Source: an uncultured Gammaproteobacteria bacterium (GTDB lineage Bacteria > Pseudomonadota > Gammaproteobacteria > CAVZZX01). Taken from it: a stretch of DNA of 64,000 nucleotides. Numbering within the stretch: position 1 is the first letter of the stretch; the number at the start of each line of letters is the position of its first letter. Positions 21,539 through 29,893 of this stretch are shown here, one piece after another. Where the stretch lies: contig CAVZZX010000003.1 of the NCBI GenBank assembly GCA_963779865.1, positions 1,924,429 to 1,988,428 on the forward strand. The letters are read 5' to 3'. The translations under genes were made by a program, and so were the position numbers. Under the pieces are notes generated by a model that did no database searches, was not told the DNA's origin, and was given only the letters and a program-made list of their open reading frames with translations.

Positions 21539-21927
21539 CAGCAGCACGCGCTGTCCCCCGCGGCGGCGGCGAGCCAGACCACGCCGTCCTCCACGCTCAC
21601 CGGCACGCGGTGCAGAAAGCGGCCGAGGCACGGCCCGTGGATGCACTCGCCGCTCAGCGGATCGAACAGGGCCCCGTGCAGCGCGCACTGCACCCAGCGA
21701 CCCTCCGCATCGAAGAAGCGATCGGCAAGCCAGTTCAGATTCGCACCGGTATGCGGACAACTGTTGCGATAGGCACGCACCGCGTCGCCCCGGCGCAGGA
21801 CGAACAACTCGAGCACGCCCCGCTCGAGGACGAGTTCAACGCCGCGCGCACCGGGATCCTCGAGTGCCTCGAAGCGGCACAGGCGAATGCGGCGCGGCGC
21901 GGATTTGGCGGACGAAGCAGTTGGCAT
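21538..21927 (-). CDS. Rieske (2Fe-2S) domain protein (NirD-like)
   Basis: CPH...CALHG (CxH / CxxH) Rieske motifs; stop overlaps BASS start (TGATG). Confidence 0.65.
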   Translation of the reverse strand: MPTASSAKSAPRRIRLCRFEALEDPGARGVELVLERGVLELFVLRRGDAVRAYRNSCPHTGANLNWLADRFFDAEGRWVQCALHGALFDPLSGECIHGPCLGRFLHRVPVSVEDGVVWLAAAAGDSACC

Positions 21928-21997
21928 GGGTGCGCGACGGCTCTCGGACCGCTACCATTATGCCGAGTCCCTGCCACAGACGGAAACCAGCGCCCCG

Positions 21998-22417
21998 ATG
22001 AGCCCCCCCCACTTCGCCACGCCCGAAGCCGCCGAAGACGCCTTCTATGCCGCCTTCGAACGCATCGACATCGAAGCGATGCAGGCCGTGTGGAGTCCGG
22101 GCGAGTCGGTGGAATGCGTGCACCCGATGGGCGAGCGTCTGCACGGGCGCAGCGCAGTGCTCGACAGCTGGCGGCGCATGTTCGAACACTCGCCGCCGCT
22201 GCGCATTGCACTGAGTCACCGCAGCCGCATCGCCGACGAGCGGGTTGCCGTCCATATCGTCTTCGAGAACATCGACGTCCCGGGCCGCGCGACCCCGCCA
22301 TCGCAGATGATTGCCACCAACGTCTACCGGCTGGAGGCCGACGGCTGGCGCATGGTGCTGCACCACGCATCGCCCGCGCCGCGTCACGCCGAGGCACCCG
22401 CACGCGCCGTGCACTGA
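21998..22417 (+). CDS. NTF2-like (SnoaL/DUF4440-like) protein
   Basis: About 140 aa with NTF2-like pattern; start at MSPPHF. Confidence 0.45.
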   Translation: MSPPHFATPEAAEDAFYAAFERIDIEAMQAVWSPGESVECVHPMGERLHGRSAVLDSWRRMFEHSPPLRIALSHRSRIADERVAVHIVFENIDVPGRATPPSQMIATNVYRLEADGWRMVLHHASPAPRHAEAPARAVH

Positions 22418-22556
22418 ACCGCGCACGCGCCCTGGCGCATGGCATCGACAGTCTCGGCACACTCAATCCACCGCCCGCTCCGAGCGTGTTCGTAAGCGCT
22501 GCGGGGAACCCCGCCACGCAGCGCGAACCGGCGCGCGCGGCAAGCCGCCGCCCGCT

Positions 22557-22964
22557 CTACGTGCCCACGTGCACCAGCAGCTGCCGTCTAGCGCGCTGGC
22601 GGCGATGCTCCCACAGATAGATCCCCTGCCAGGTCCCCAGGGCGAGCCGGCCCTCGAGGATCGGCACCGCGAGCGAGCTGGCCGTGAGGGCCGCCTTGAT
22701 GTGCGCGGGCATGTCGTCAGGTCCTTCGAGCGTGTGCGTATAGAGGGGATCCCCCTCGGGCACCAGCCGGTTCAGCCAGGCCTCGAGGTCGCGCCGCGCA
22801 CTCGGGTCGGCGTTTTCCTGGATCAGCAGGCTTGCCGAAGTGTGCTGTACGAACACCGTGCACAGGCCCTCGCGCACCCCCGCGCGTGCCGCGAGCGCGG
22901 CCACCTCGTCGGTGATTCGGTGCAGCCCCTGCCCGCGCACCTCTACTGCGAATCGCTCTACCAT
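22557..22964 (-). CDS. YjbQ family protein (UPF0047, secondary thiamine-phosphate synthase-like)
   Basis: Conserved YjbQ signature CTVFVQHTSASL...GPDDMPAHIKA...GTWQGIYLWEHR. Confidence 0.75.
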   Translation of the reverse strand: MVERFAVEVRGQGLHRITDEVAALAARAGVREGLCTVFVQHTSASLLIQENADPSARRDLEAWLNRLVPEGDPLYTHTLEGPDDMPAHIKAALTASSLAVPILEGRLALGTWQGIYLWEHRRQRARRQLLVHVGT

Positions 22965-22968
22965 GGGC

Positions 22969-23541
22969 TCATCCTCCGCGCCGCGCGCCCCCTTTGGCGG
23001 GGGGCGCAAAGCGTATTTTGTCGATCCGCCAACCGCCGCGCTCCACGTGCAGAACAAGGCAGCCCGGGCCGCCGAAGGTACGCGTCAGCCCGGCCGCGCC
23101 CGGGTTGAGAATCCACGGCTCGATCTGGGTGTCGCACAGCTGGCGGTGGCTGTGACCATACACGACCGCGCGCGCATCGGCGAAGCTGCGCCGCAGGCGC
23201 CGATGCCGCTCGCGCGCCGCACCATGCCGGTGGCCGTGTACGACCACCAGGTCCCCTCCGGGAAGCTGCAGGCGGATCTGTTCGGGCAAATCGGCCAATA
23301 CGGTACGCTCGGCCAGGGCCCATTTCTCCGGAACGTCGTTGTTTCCGCGCACGGCGAGGACCGTTCCACCGCGCGGGCGCATGGCATGCAGGGCGGCGGC
23401 GGCTCCGACATCGCCGGCATGCACGACGTAATCGCACCCGGCCACCACTGCGCCAATGCGCTCATCGAGCTGTCCGTGGGTGTCGGAGACCAGCGCCACG
23501 CGGCGCGGAAGTACCGTGTTTTTCAGGTCGAAAACGCACAT
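22969..23541 (-). CDS. Metallophosphoesterase (YfcE/MJ0936 family)
   Basis: Calcineurin-like motifs ALVSDTHG, VHAGD, GNND, VVHGHRH, GHSH. Confidence 0.7.
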   Translation of the reverse strand: MCVFDLKNTVLPRRVALVSDTHGQLDERIGAVVAGCDYVVHAGDVGAAAALHAMRPRGGTVLAVRGNNDVPEKWALAERTVLADLPEQIRLQLPGGDLVVVHGHRHGAARERHRRLRRSFADARAVVYGHSHRQLCDTQIEPWILNPGAAGLTRTFGGPGCLVLHVERGGWRIDKIRFAPPAKGGARRGG

Positions 23542-23623
23542 AAAACGCTTCCCGTACAGATATATTATGCTATCGTAATAACGCCTCGTTTCACCCTCTT
23601 ATAACGAGAAATCGGGAGCAGCC
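23542..23623 (+). promoter_or_regulatory. AT-rich leader/promoter region upstream of HU-like gene
   Basis: Locally AT-rich (atatattatgctatcgtaataac) in GC-rich context; RBS gggag before ATG. Confidence 0.35.
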
Positions 23624-24055
23624 ATGGCGACCAAAAAGAAGACCAGCAAGCGTACGGTAAGCAAGAAGAAGACGGCGGCGAAGAAGAAGACCGCGGCAAA
23701 GAAGACGGCGGCGAAGAAGACCACCACCGCAACACGGGTGACGGCCATCAAGGACCCGTACACCAAGTCCACCCTGTACAGCGATCTCGCCGAGCGGACC
23801 GGCCTGACGAAAAAGCAGGTCGATTCGGTCTTCGGAGAGCTGGGCAATATCGTCCAGGCTCACGTGAAGAAGAACGGCGCCGGCGTGTTCACGCTGCCGG
23901 GCATGCTGAAGATGAAGGTGGTGCGCAAGCCCGCGACCCGCGCCCGCAAGGGCACCAACCCCTTCACCGGCGAGCCCACCACGTTCAAGGCCAAGCCGGC
24001 CCGCAACGTGGTGAAGATCCAGCCGCTGAAGAATCTGAAGGAAATGGCGAAGTAG
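23624..24055 (+). CDS. HU-family DNA-binding protein with Lys/Ala-rich N-terminal tail
   Basis: N-terminal KKKT/AAKK repeats, C-terminal HU/IHF fold with DNA-binding arm (RKGTNPFTGEP). Confidence 0.7.
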   Translation: MATKKKTSKRTVSKKKTAAKKKTAAKKTAAKKTTTATRVTAIKDPYTKSTLYSDLAERTGLTKKQVDSVFGELGNIVQAHVKKNGAGVFTLPGMLKMKVVRKPATRARKGTNPFTGEPTTFKAKPARNVVKIQPLKNLKEMAK

Positions 24056-24069
24056 CACTGCGCGCGCCC

Positions 24070-24092
24070 GGGCCGGAGGCTTCCTCCGGCCC
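24070..24092 (+). terminator. Hairpin between convergent genes (putative terminator)
   Basis: gggccggagg-ctt-cctccggccc stem-loop; weak T-tract. Confidence 0.4.
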
Positions 24093-24105
24093 TCTTCACC
24101 CCCGC

Positions 24106-24810
24106 CTACCCCTGCTCGTTCCCGTTCAACATCTCTAACAATGCCGGCAGTTCGCTCACGCCGGGCACCTCGTGCATGGCGGCGGCACGCCGCCGGATCA
24201 TGGCTTCGGCGTCCAGGCGCTCGCGAATGAAGTGCGTGGTCAGCACGGTGGTGAAACCCAGCGCACGGGCACCCCGGTGCTCATCGCTGCCCCCGTCGCC
24301 GACGAACAGACACTCCGCGGCATCGAGCTCGAGCGCGGCGAGTGCCGCTGAATAGATGCCCGGCTCGGGTTTGCGACTGCCGCAGTAACAGCTGAACACC
24401 GCCGCATCGAACAGGTCGGCCAAGGGGGAGTCCTCCCAGGCGGCGACTTCGGCCGAGGAGGCGTTGGACACCAGCGCCAGGCGCAGCCCCGCGTCCCGCA
24501 GTGCCCGCACGGCGGCCACGCTTTGTGCCGGCGGGTTGCGCAGACAATGGTCGAAGCGCCGCTGCCGATCCGCAGCGGCGGCGTGGATGCGCGCCTCGGG
24601 AATGGCGGGATCGATGCTGTGGGCGAGCCGCCGCAAGGTCGCGACGGCCTCCGTCGGCGTGCAGATCTCGTGCAGCGGACCGAAGCAGGCCGCACTCCAC
24701 TGCGCGCGATCCACCCCGAGGATGTCCGCCGTCAGGGCGCCGATCTCGCCCGGCACCTGCCAGACGTCGACGAGGGTGTGGAAAAGGTCGAAACAGATGC
24801 CGCGAATCAT
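24106..24810 (-). CDS. HAD family hydrolase
   Basis: Motif I region CFDLFHTLVD, later LVSNAS, GDGGSDE. Confidence 0.7.
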   Translation of the reverse strand: MIRGICFDLFHTLVDVWQVPGEIGALTADILGVDRAQWSAACFGPLHEICTPTEAVATLRRLAHSIDPAIPEARIHAAAADRQRRFDHCLRNPPAQSVAAVRALRDAGLRLALVSNASSAEVAAWEDSPLADLFDAAVFSCYCGSRKPEPGIYSAALAALELDAAECLFVGDGGSDEHRGARALGFTTVLTTHFIRERLDAEAMIRRRAAAMHEVPGVSELPALLEMLNGNEQG

Positions 24811-24900
24811 CCCGGTTCTCCAGGCCGTGTGCAGCGCGCCGATTGCAAAGGCGCCGCAGATGGACTATCGATTTCAGTAGGACCCCTATCTAGAGGAGGC

Positions 24901-25524
24901 ATGCCGATGGGAGTCGCCTACCAGCCTCTGCCCTCGCGCCGCATGGCGCCGGGCACCCGTTACCACCGCCTGTTCCGGGCCGTGGTCGCGCCGCCGGCGA
25001 AGCTCTCCAGCCCCGCCACCGATGTGATGACCGACCTGCGCAAGGTCCCCGCCGTAACCATTGACGCCGACGAAGGTATCGAAGAGGCCAACAGCAAGAT
25101 GCTGGTCAATCGCATCCGGCTGCTGCTGGTGGTGGATGAGGGCGACCGCATCCTCGGCGTGATCACCGCCACCGACATCCTCGGCGAGAAGCCGGTGCGC
25201 CACCTGCAGCGCACGAGGGGCCGCCGCAGCGAGATCCTGGTCCGCGACATCATGACGGCGGAGCAGGAACTGGAAGTGATGGACCTGCACCAGGTCCAAC
25301 GCGCCCACGCCGGCCACATCGTGGCTCATCTACAGCAGGTGGGGCGCCAGCACGCGCTGGTGGTCGAGCGTGACGGCAACGGTCACGACGAGGTGGTCGG
25401 GCTGTTCTCCACCAGCCAGATCGGCCGGCAGTTGGGCGCCCCGGTCGCCACCACGGCGGTGGCGCGCACCTTTGCCGAGCGCGAGGCGGAGCTGATGGCG
25501 GGCGAGCGAGAGGCCCAGATCTGA
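24901..25524 (+). CDS. CBS domain pair protein
   Basis: Two CBS-like segments (LLVVDEGDRILGVITATDIL; LVVERDGNGHDEVVGLFSTSQI); gaggagg RBS. Confidence 0.6.
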   Translation: MPMGVAYQPLPSRRMAPGTRYHRLFRAVVAPPAKLSSPATDVMTDLRKVPAVTIDADEGIEEANSKMLVNRIRLLLVVDEGDRILGVITATDILGEKPVRHLQRTRGRRSEILVRDIMTAEQELEVMDLHQVQRAHAGHIVAHLQQVGRQHALVVERDGNGHDEVVGLFSTSQIGRQLGAPVATTAVARTFAEREAELMAGEREAQI

Positions 25525-25612
25525 GCCGCCCCGGCGGCGCGTCGGCGCCGCCGGGGCCCTGCCCATCCCTATACGCCGGGCCACGCGCCGGGCGCCGCCC
25601 TGCCGGCGCGAA

Positions 25613-26170
25613 CTACCAGCGCAGATGAACGCCGACCGTGGTGGCCACGTCGATGTTCACCTCCGGGCCGTTCTTGAGGTCCGCCGAGATATCGTGGCGT
25701 TCGACGTACACGTTCGCCTGCGGCATCAACTGGTAGCTCACGCGCGCGGCGAGTTCGGTCAGCCCGTCCGCATCGCCGAAGGAAACGATGCGCGGTGCGT
25801 AATAGGCATGTCCCCCGACACCCAGACCGTGCCAGTTCTGGGGCGCATACATGAAGCGGCCGCCCAGGGCCAGTCCGCCGAGTTCGTTCGGTCCGGTGTC
25901 CACGTAGTAGAAGCGGCCGCCGATGCCCAACTCGAGCGGACTCTGCCAGGAATCGTTGTATACGAGCATCCCTGCATCCAGAAGCACGTCATCGTCCGTG
26001 TCGTACAACAGCCCGCCTTCGACCTCCACTCGCCCGTACTGCTGCCCCCACATCGGGGTGGCGTAGCGCACGCGCGCGGTCTCGTCGTTGAGCGAAAGCT
26101 CCAGCGACTGGGCATGGGCGGCGCCGGCGGCCAACAGGGCCAGTCCGGCGAATAACGGATGAAAACGCAT
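25613..26170 (-). CDS. Outer-membrane beta-barrel protein (YfaZ-like)
   Basis: Signal peptide LLAAGAAHA, alternating beta-strand pattern, C-terminal aromatic residue. Confidence 0.5.
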   Translation of the reverse strand: MRFHPLFAGLALLAAGAAHAQSLELSLNDETARVRYATPMWGQQYGRVEVEGGLLYDTDDDVLLDAGMLVYNDSWQSPLELGIGGRFYYVDTGPNELGGLALGGRFMYAPQNWHGLGVGGHAYYAPRIVSFGDADGLTELAARVSYQLMPQANVYVERHDISADLKNGPEVNIDVATTVGVHLRW

Positions 26171-26260
26171 GTGAGGCTCCCGTATTGCTGCAGTGACGGC
26201 ACCGGCTGCGGCGCCCGGCGTATCATATCGACTCCGCGCCGCCTTGGCACCTCGCCGCGT

Positions 26261-27220
26261 TCACCGTTTGAGGATGCGTTGCAGAGTATCGCGGTAGCGA
26301 TCGAGGTGGGCGTCGCCGGCGGCCAGGGCACGGCGGGCGTAGACTTCGGCCGCCGTCCAACGGCCGCGGTCGGCCAGCACGCTGGCCAGATTGTTCAACG
26401 CCGGGGCATAGTCCGGCGCACGCTCGATCAGGCGTCGATAGGCCTGTTCGGCACGCTCCAGATCGCCGGCGCGGTAATAGGCGTTGCCCAGCCCCATGGC
26501 GGCGATGCGGCTCTCCGGCCAGCGCGCCAGGGCCCCCGCATAGGCGGGGATCGCGGCGGTGGCGTCCCCACCCTCTTCCAGGGCCGCCACAGCAGCCAGA
26601 TACGGGCTCGGCGACGCGCTCACCGGCAGCGTGCCCGGCGACAGGGCAAGCAGGGCCCAATGCCCCCCGCGCGCCCAGGTGCGCTCGAACAGCGCCAGCG
26701 TCTCGCGGTGTCGACGCTCGGTGCCCGAACGCAGCACCAGCACACCGTCCTGCAGGTCGTAGCCAACCACCACCGCATAGTGCCAGCGCGGCAGCCAGCT
26801 CAACCCCAGGTTCTGCAGCACCAGCACCGGATGTCCCGCGGCGACTTCCGCGAGCAGGTCTTTGAGGTGCGGCGGCAGCACGTAGGCGACGCGGCCCTGG
26901 GCACGCGCCGCCGCCACCAGCTCGAGCTGCAGGCTCCCCTTGCGGGCGGGCACGTAGACCGCCGGCGTGAGCTGCTCGGGCTGCACGTGCAGCCCGCTCC
27001 AGTCGAGCACCGTGGCCAGGGCGGCCGGGCCGCACTGATGCAAGGTCTGCGGGAAGAAGGGCACGTCGGTGAGCTCCGCGCGCGGCGCCAGGCCCGGAGG
27101 CGGCGCGCTCCGCAGGTGCGCGCTCTGCGGCGCGCTGGCGCAGCCGCCCAGGAGCAACAGCAAGAGTATCCACAGCAGACCGCCCGGACGCAGCCGGGCG
27201 GTCGGGGGCGAGGCGAACAC
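26261..27220 (-). CDS. PA2778-family cysteine peptidase-like lipoprotein with TPR region
   Basis: Lipobox LLGGC, C39-like peptidase pattern (QCGPAALATVL...HYAVVVGY), C-terminal TPR-like repeats. Confidence 0.55.
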   Translation of the reverse strand: MFASPPTARLRPGGLLWILLLLLLGGCASAPQSAHLRSAPPPGLAPRAELTDVPFFPQTLHQCGPAALATVLDWSGLHVQPEQLTPAVYVPARKGSLQLELVAAARAQGRVAYVLPPHLKDLLAEVAAGHPVLVLQNLGLSWLPRWHYAVVVGYDLQDGVLVLRSGTERRHRETLALFERTWARGGHWALLALSPGTLPVSASPSPYLAAVAALEEGGDATAAIPAYAGALARWPESRIAAMGLGNAYYRAGDLERAEQAYRRLIERAPDYAPALNNLASVLADRGRWTAAEVYARRALAAGDAHLDRYRDTLQRILKR

Positions 27221-27233
27221 CCTTATCGCAGCC

Positions 27234-27638
27234 TCACTGCACGGTCTTCTTCACGAACGGAAACACGTCGGTGTAGCCGAGGATGTCCGTCGCCAACAGC
27301 ACCAGAAACACGAATACCGCTGCCCCGAGCAGATCACCGCCGGCGGGCATGTCCTGCATGCGCTGCGCCAGCGACTGCGCCTCCCGGTCGCTGAGCCGGG
27401 CGATACGCGCCTGGGCCTGTTGCGGGTCCACGCCCCATTGGACGAGCTGCTTCTGCACGGCATCGCGGGCGAGAAAGGCGTTGAGCTGGGCACGGCTTTG
27501 CTGCGCCGCCGGCGCCTGGGCCAGCAGCTCACTGGTGCCCACGACCGACGCGGCGGCGGGCGAGGCCATGGAGGCGAGCACCAGGGCCGCCGCGGACAGA
27601 TGCACCCAGAGGCGGGCACGACGTCGACACAATTCCAT
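27234..27638 (-). CDS. PA2779-family protein (signal peptide + C-terminal TM anchor)
   Basis: About 134 aa, N-terminal signal, helical middle, C-terminal hydrophobic segment; 13 nt upstream of PA2778-like gene. Confidence 0.5.
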   Translation of the reverse strand: MELCRRRARLWVHLSAAALVLASMASPAAASVVGTSELLAQAPAAQQSRAQLNAFLARDAVQKQLVQWGVDPQQAQARIARLSDREAQSLAQRMQDMPAGGDLLGAAVFVFLVLLATDILGYTDVFPFVKKTVQ

Positions 27639-27724
27639 AAGGGCCTCCCTAGTCGGTTGCTTGCTGTGGATTTGAGAAGAGCCAGGGTCGAAAACGGAAG
27701 TGTGCACCACGGGCGCAGCGCGCG

Positions 27725-28669
27725 CTAGGTGTGTAAACCCACCAGGTTGTTCACGATAAGCCGTGAGATCGGAGGCCGATAGCCGAGGCTGGCGTGCGGT
27801 CGGTGCCAGTTGTACTGATGCAGCCAGGGCAGGAGGTGCTCGGAGCGCTGGTCGGAGGAGACGTAGGCGCGGGCATAGGCCCATTCGCGTAGCGCGGTCT
27901 GGATGAAGCGCTCGGCCTTGCCATTGGTGCGCGGGGTGTAGGGCTGCGTGCGCAGATGGCGCAGCCCCAGACGACGGCACAGGCGCGCAAAGCGCCGGGA
28001 CAGATAGCAGGCGCCGTTGTCGGTCAACACCCGCTGGAAGCGGATGCCCAGTCCCCGGTAGTAGCGCAGCACCTGCAGCAGAAAGGCGCAGGCGCTGCGG
28101 CCGGTCTCATCGGGGTGGATGGCGCCGAAGGCGACTCGGGAGTGGTCATCGATGGCCACGTGGACATACTCCCAGCCGGCCCCGCGGGAGCACTGGCGTC
28201 GGTCCTCGGTGGCGCGGTGCCCCGGGACGCGAAAGCGCCCGAGTTTCTTGATGTCCAGGTGCAGCAGCCCGCCGGGCTGGGCGTATTCGTAGCGCCGTAC
28301 CGGCGGGGCGGGCTCGAGCTGGGCCAGGCGATTGAGCCCCATGCGGCGCAGCCAGCGCCCCACCGTGCTGTGACCGATCCCCAGCCGCTGGCTGATCTGG
28401 CGGTAGGTCTGACGGGCCCGGCGGCATTCGACCAGCTGGGCCCGGCGCTGCGAGCAGAGTGCGTGCGGGCTGTGATGGGGACGCGAGGGGCGATTCGCCA
28501 GGCCCGTCGGCCCCTCCTCGCGGTAGCGCTGGAGCCACTTGTAGGCGGTGCGCACGCTCACGCCGGCCGCCTGGGCCGCCTCGCGGGGGCGCAGGCCCTG
28601 CTCGAGGATGCGACGCACCAACAGCTCTCGACCATGGACGGTTAATCGGGCATTTTTATGGTTGTTCAT
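27725..28669 (-). CDS. IS481 family transposase
   Basis: N-terminal HTH, rve integrase core domain (DDE); stop codon formed at flanking CTAG. Confidence 0.85.
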   Translation of the reverse strand: MNNHKNARLTVHGRELLVRRILEQGLRPREAAQAAGVSVRTAYKWLQRYREEGPTGLANRPSRPHHSPHALCSQRRAQLVECRRARQTYRQISQRLGIGHSTVGRWLRRMGLNRLAQLEPAPPVRRYEYAQPGGLLHLDIKKLGRFRVPGHRATEDRRQCSRGAGWEYVHVAIDDHSRVAFGAIHPDETGRSACAFLLQVLRYYRGLGIRFQRVLTDNGACYLSRRFARLCRRLGLRHLRTQPYTPRTNGKAERFIQTALREWAYARAYVSSDQRSEHLLPWLHQYNWHRPHASLGYRPPISRLIVNNLVGLHT

Positions 28670-28753
28670 TCGGGGCTCCCGGAGGTTGGATTTGGTTTGC
28701 ACCTCCAGTCTTCCGGGTAAGCCCCGAGTGAACAACCTACTGAGAGATCACAG
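27729..28753 (-). mobile_element. IS481-family insertion sequence
   Basis: Single DDE transposase ORF; imperfect about 30-bp terminal inverted repeats sharing AGGTTGTTCAC; flanked by CTAG on both sides (27725-27728 and 28754-28757). Confidence 0.8.
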
Positions 28754-29716
28754 CTAGGCATTGTGCTCGTCGGGCGGAGGGCAGGCCGGGGCGCCCGCCA
28801 TCCGCCCCATCTCGCCGAGCATGCGTTCGAGCTGCGCCCGCGAGTCGGGAAAGCGGCCCGCCTGGTGCAGCTCATGGCGGCGGTTGTGGGCGACCTGATC
28901 GATGCGGTCACGTACGTCGGGGTTCTCCTGGATGAAGGCGAGAAACGGTGCACAATCGATACGCAGGACCTCCAGGTCGCTGCTTGCGGTCACCGTGGCG
29001 GCGCGCGGCGCGCCCGTGAGCAGCGACCACTCGCCGAAGTAGTCGCCGGGCCCGAGCAGGGCGAGGTTGAGTGCAGGCCCGCCGGCCCGGTGCGAGACGC
29101 GCGCCGCGCCGTAGACGATGACGAACAGCGCATCGCCGGGCTCGCCCTCCACGACGATCGGCGTGCCGGCGCCGAAACACAGCAGCGCGGCCTGCTCCAG
29201 CAGTTGGTCGCGCGCCTCTTCGGGCAGATAACGCAGCAGCGGCACCGCACGCAGGCCGGTATGCAGGACCCGGCTTCGATAGCGTTCGAGCACCCCCTCG
29301 CGCACGCGCGGGTTGCGGGCAATCAGCGTGGCGAGCACAGCGCCGGGGATTTCCAGCAGCAGGGTTTCGCGGCTGGCGGTGGCCGTGGACAGGCGCGCCG
29401 CGCCAAACAATGCCCCGATTTCCCCGCACAGCTCGCCACAGCCCAGGCGCGCCAGACGCACCGGCTCGCCGTCGACCACTTCGGACACGGCCACCTCTCC
29501 GGAGAGCAGGAGGAAGGCACGCTCGTCGCGCTCGTGCTGGCGGCAAAGCACCGCGTCTGCGGCCACCCGGCGCAGCACGCCGTGCTCCACCAACAGCTCG
29601 CGATCGGCGTCGCTCAACAGGGCGCCGAAGGCGGACGGCCGGCTCAGCACCCGCTGTACGAGCTGCAGCAACTGCGCCGCACCGGGAGCCGCACGATCGT
29701 CGAGTTTGTGCGCCAT
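28754..29716 (-). CDS. Protein with two cyclic-nucleotide-binding domains
   Basis: Two CAP_ED-like segments (GEVAVSEVV..., FGEWSLLTGAPRAATV); stop codon lies in the CTAG at the IS boundary. Confidence 0.6.
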   Translation of the reverse strand: MAHKLDDRAAPGAAQLLQLVQRVLSRPSAFGALLSDADRELLVEHGVLRRVAADAVLCRQHERDERAFLLLSGEVAVSEVVDGEPVRLARLGCGELCGEIGALFGAARLSTATASRETLLLEIPGAVLATLIARNPRVREGVLERYRSRVLHTGLRAVPLLRYLPEEARDQLLEQAALLCFGAGTPIVVEGEPGDALFVIVYGAARVSHRAGGPALNLALLGPGDYFGEWSLLTGAPRAATVTASSDLEVLRIDCAPFLAFIQENPDVRDRIDQVAHNRRHELHQAGRFPDSRAQLERMLGEMGRMAGAPACPPPDEHNA

Positions 29717-29893
29717 GTTCCCACACCTGCACGTATTGATCGTCTATGGTCCACGGCCCTTCGGCCGCAGGACAGGAAACCGGTCACAAATCGCAGCGGG
29801 CGCCGCCCCACCCGCCGGAAACCAGAGCGTGGCGCTTTATGGCGCACCCCAGGCCGGGTACTATCGTGCGCGTCGCCGTGAAGAGCGCCCGGG

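Noticed and set aside
23641-23720. Short repetitive DNA (aag/gcg repeats) that could be mistaken for a repeat array
   Set aside because: It is in-frame coding sequence for the Lys/Ala-rich tail of the HU-like protein, not a CRISPR or intergenic repeat
28754-29716. Possible truncation of the cNMP-binding gene by the IS insertion
   Set aside because: Both cNMP-binding domains are complete and the stop codon sits in the CTAG target copy, so the ORF appears intact rather than interrupted
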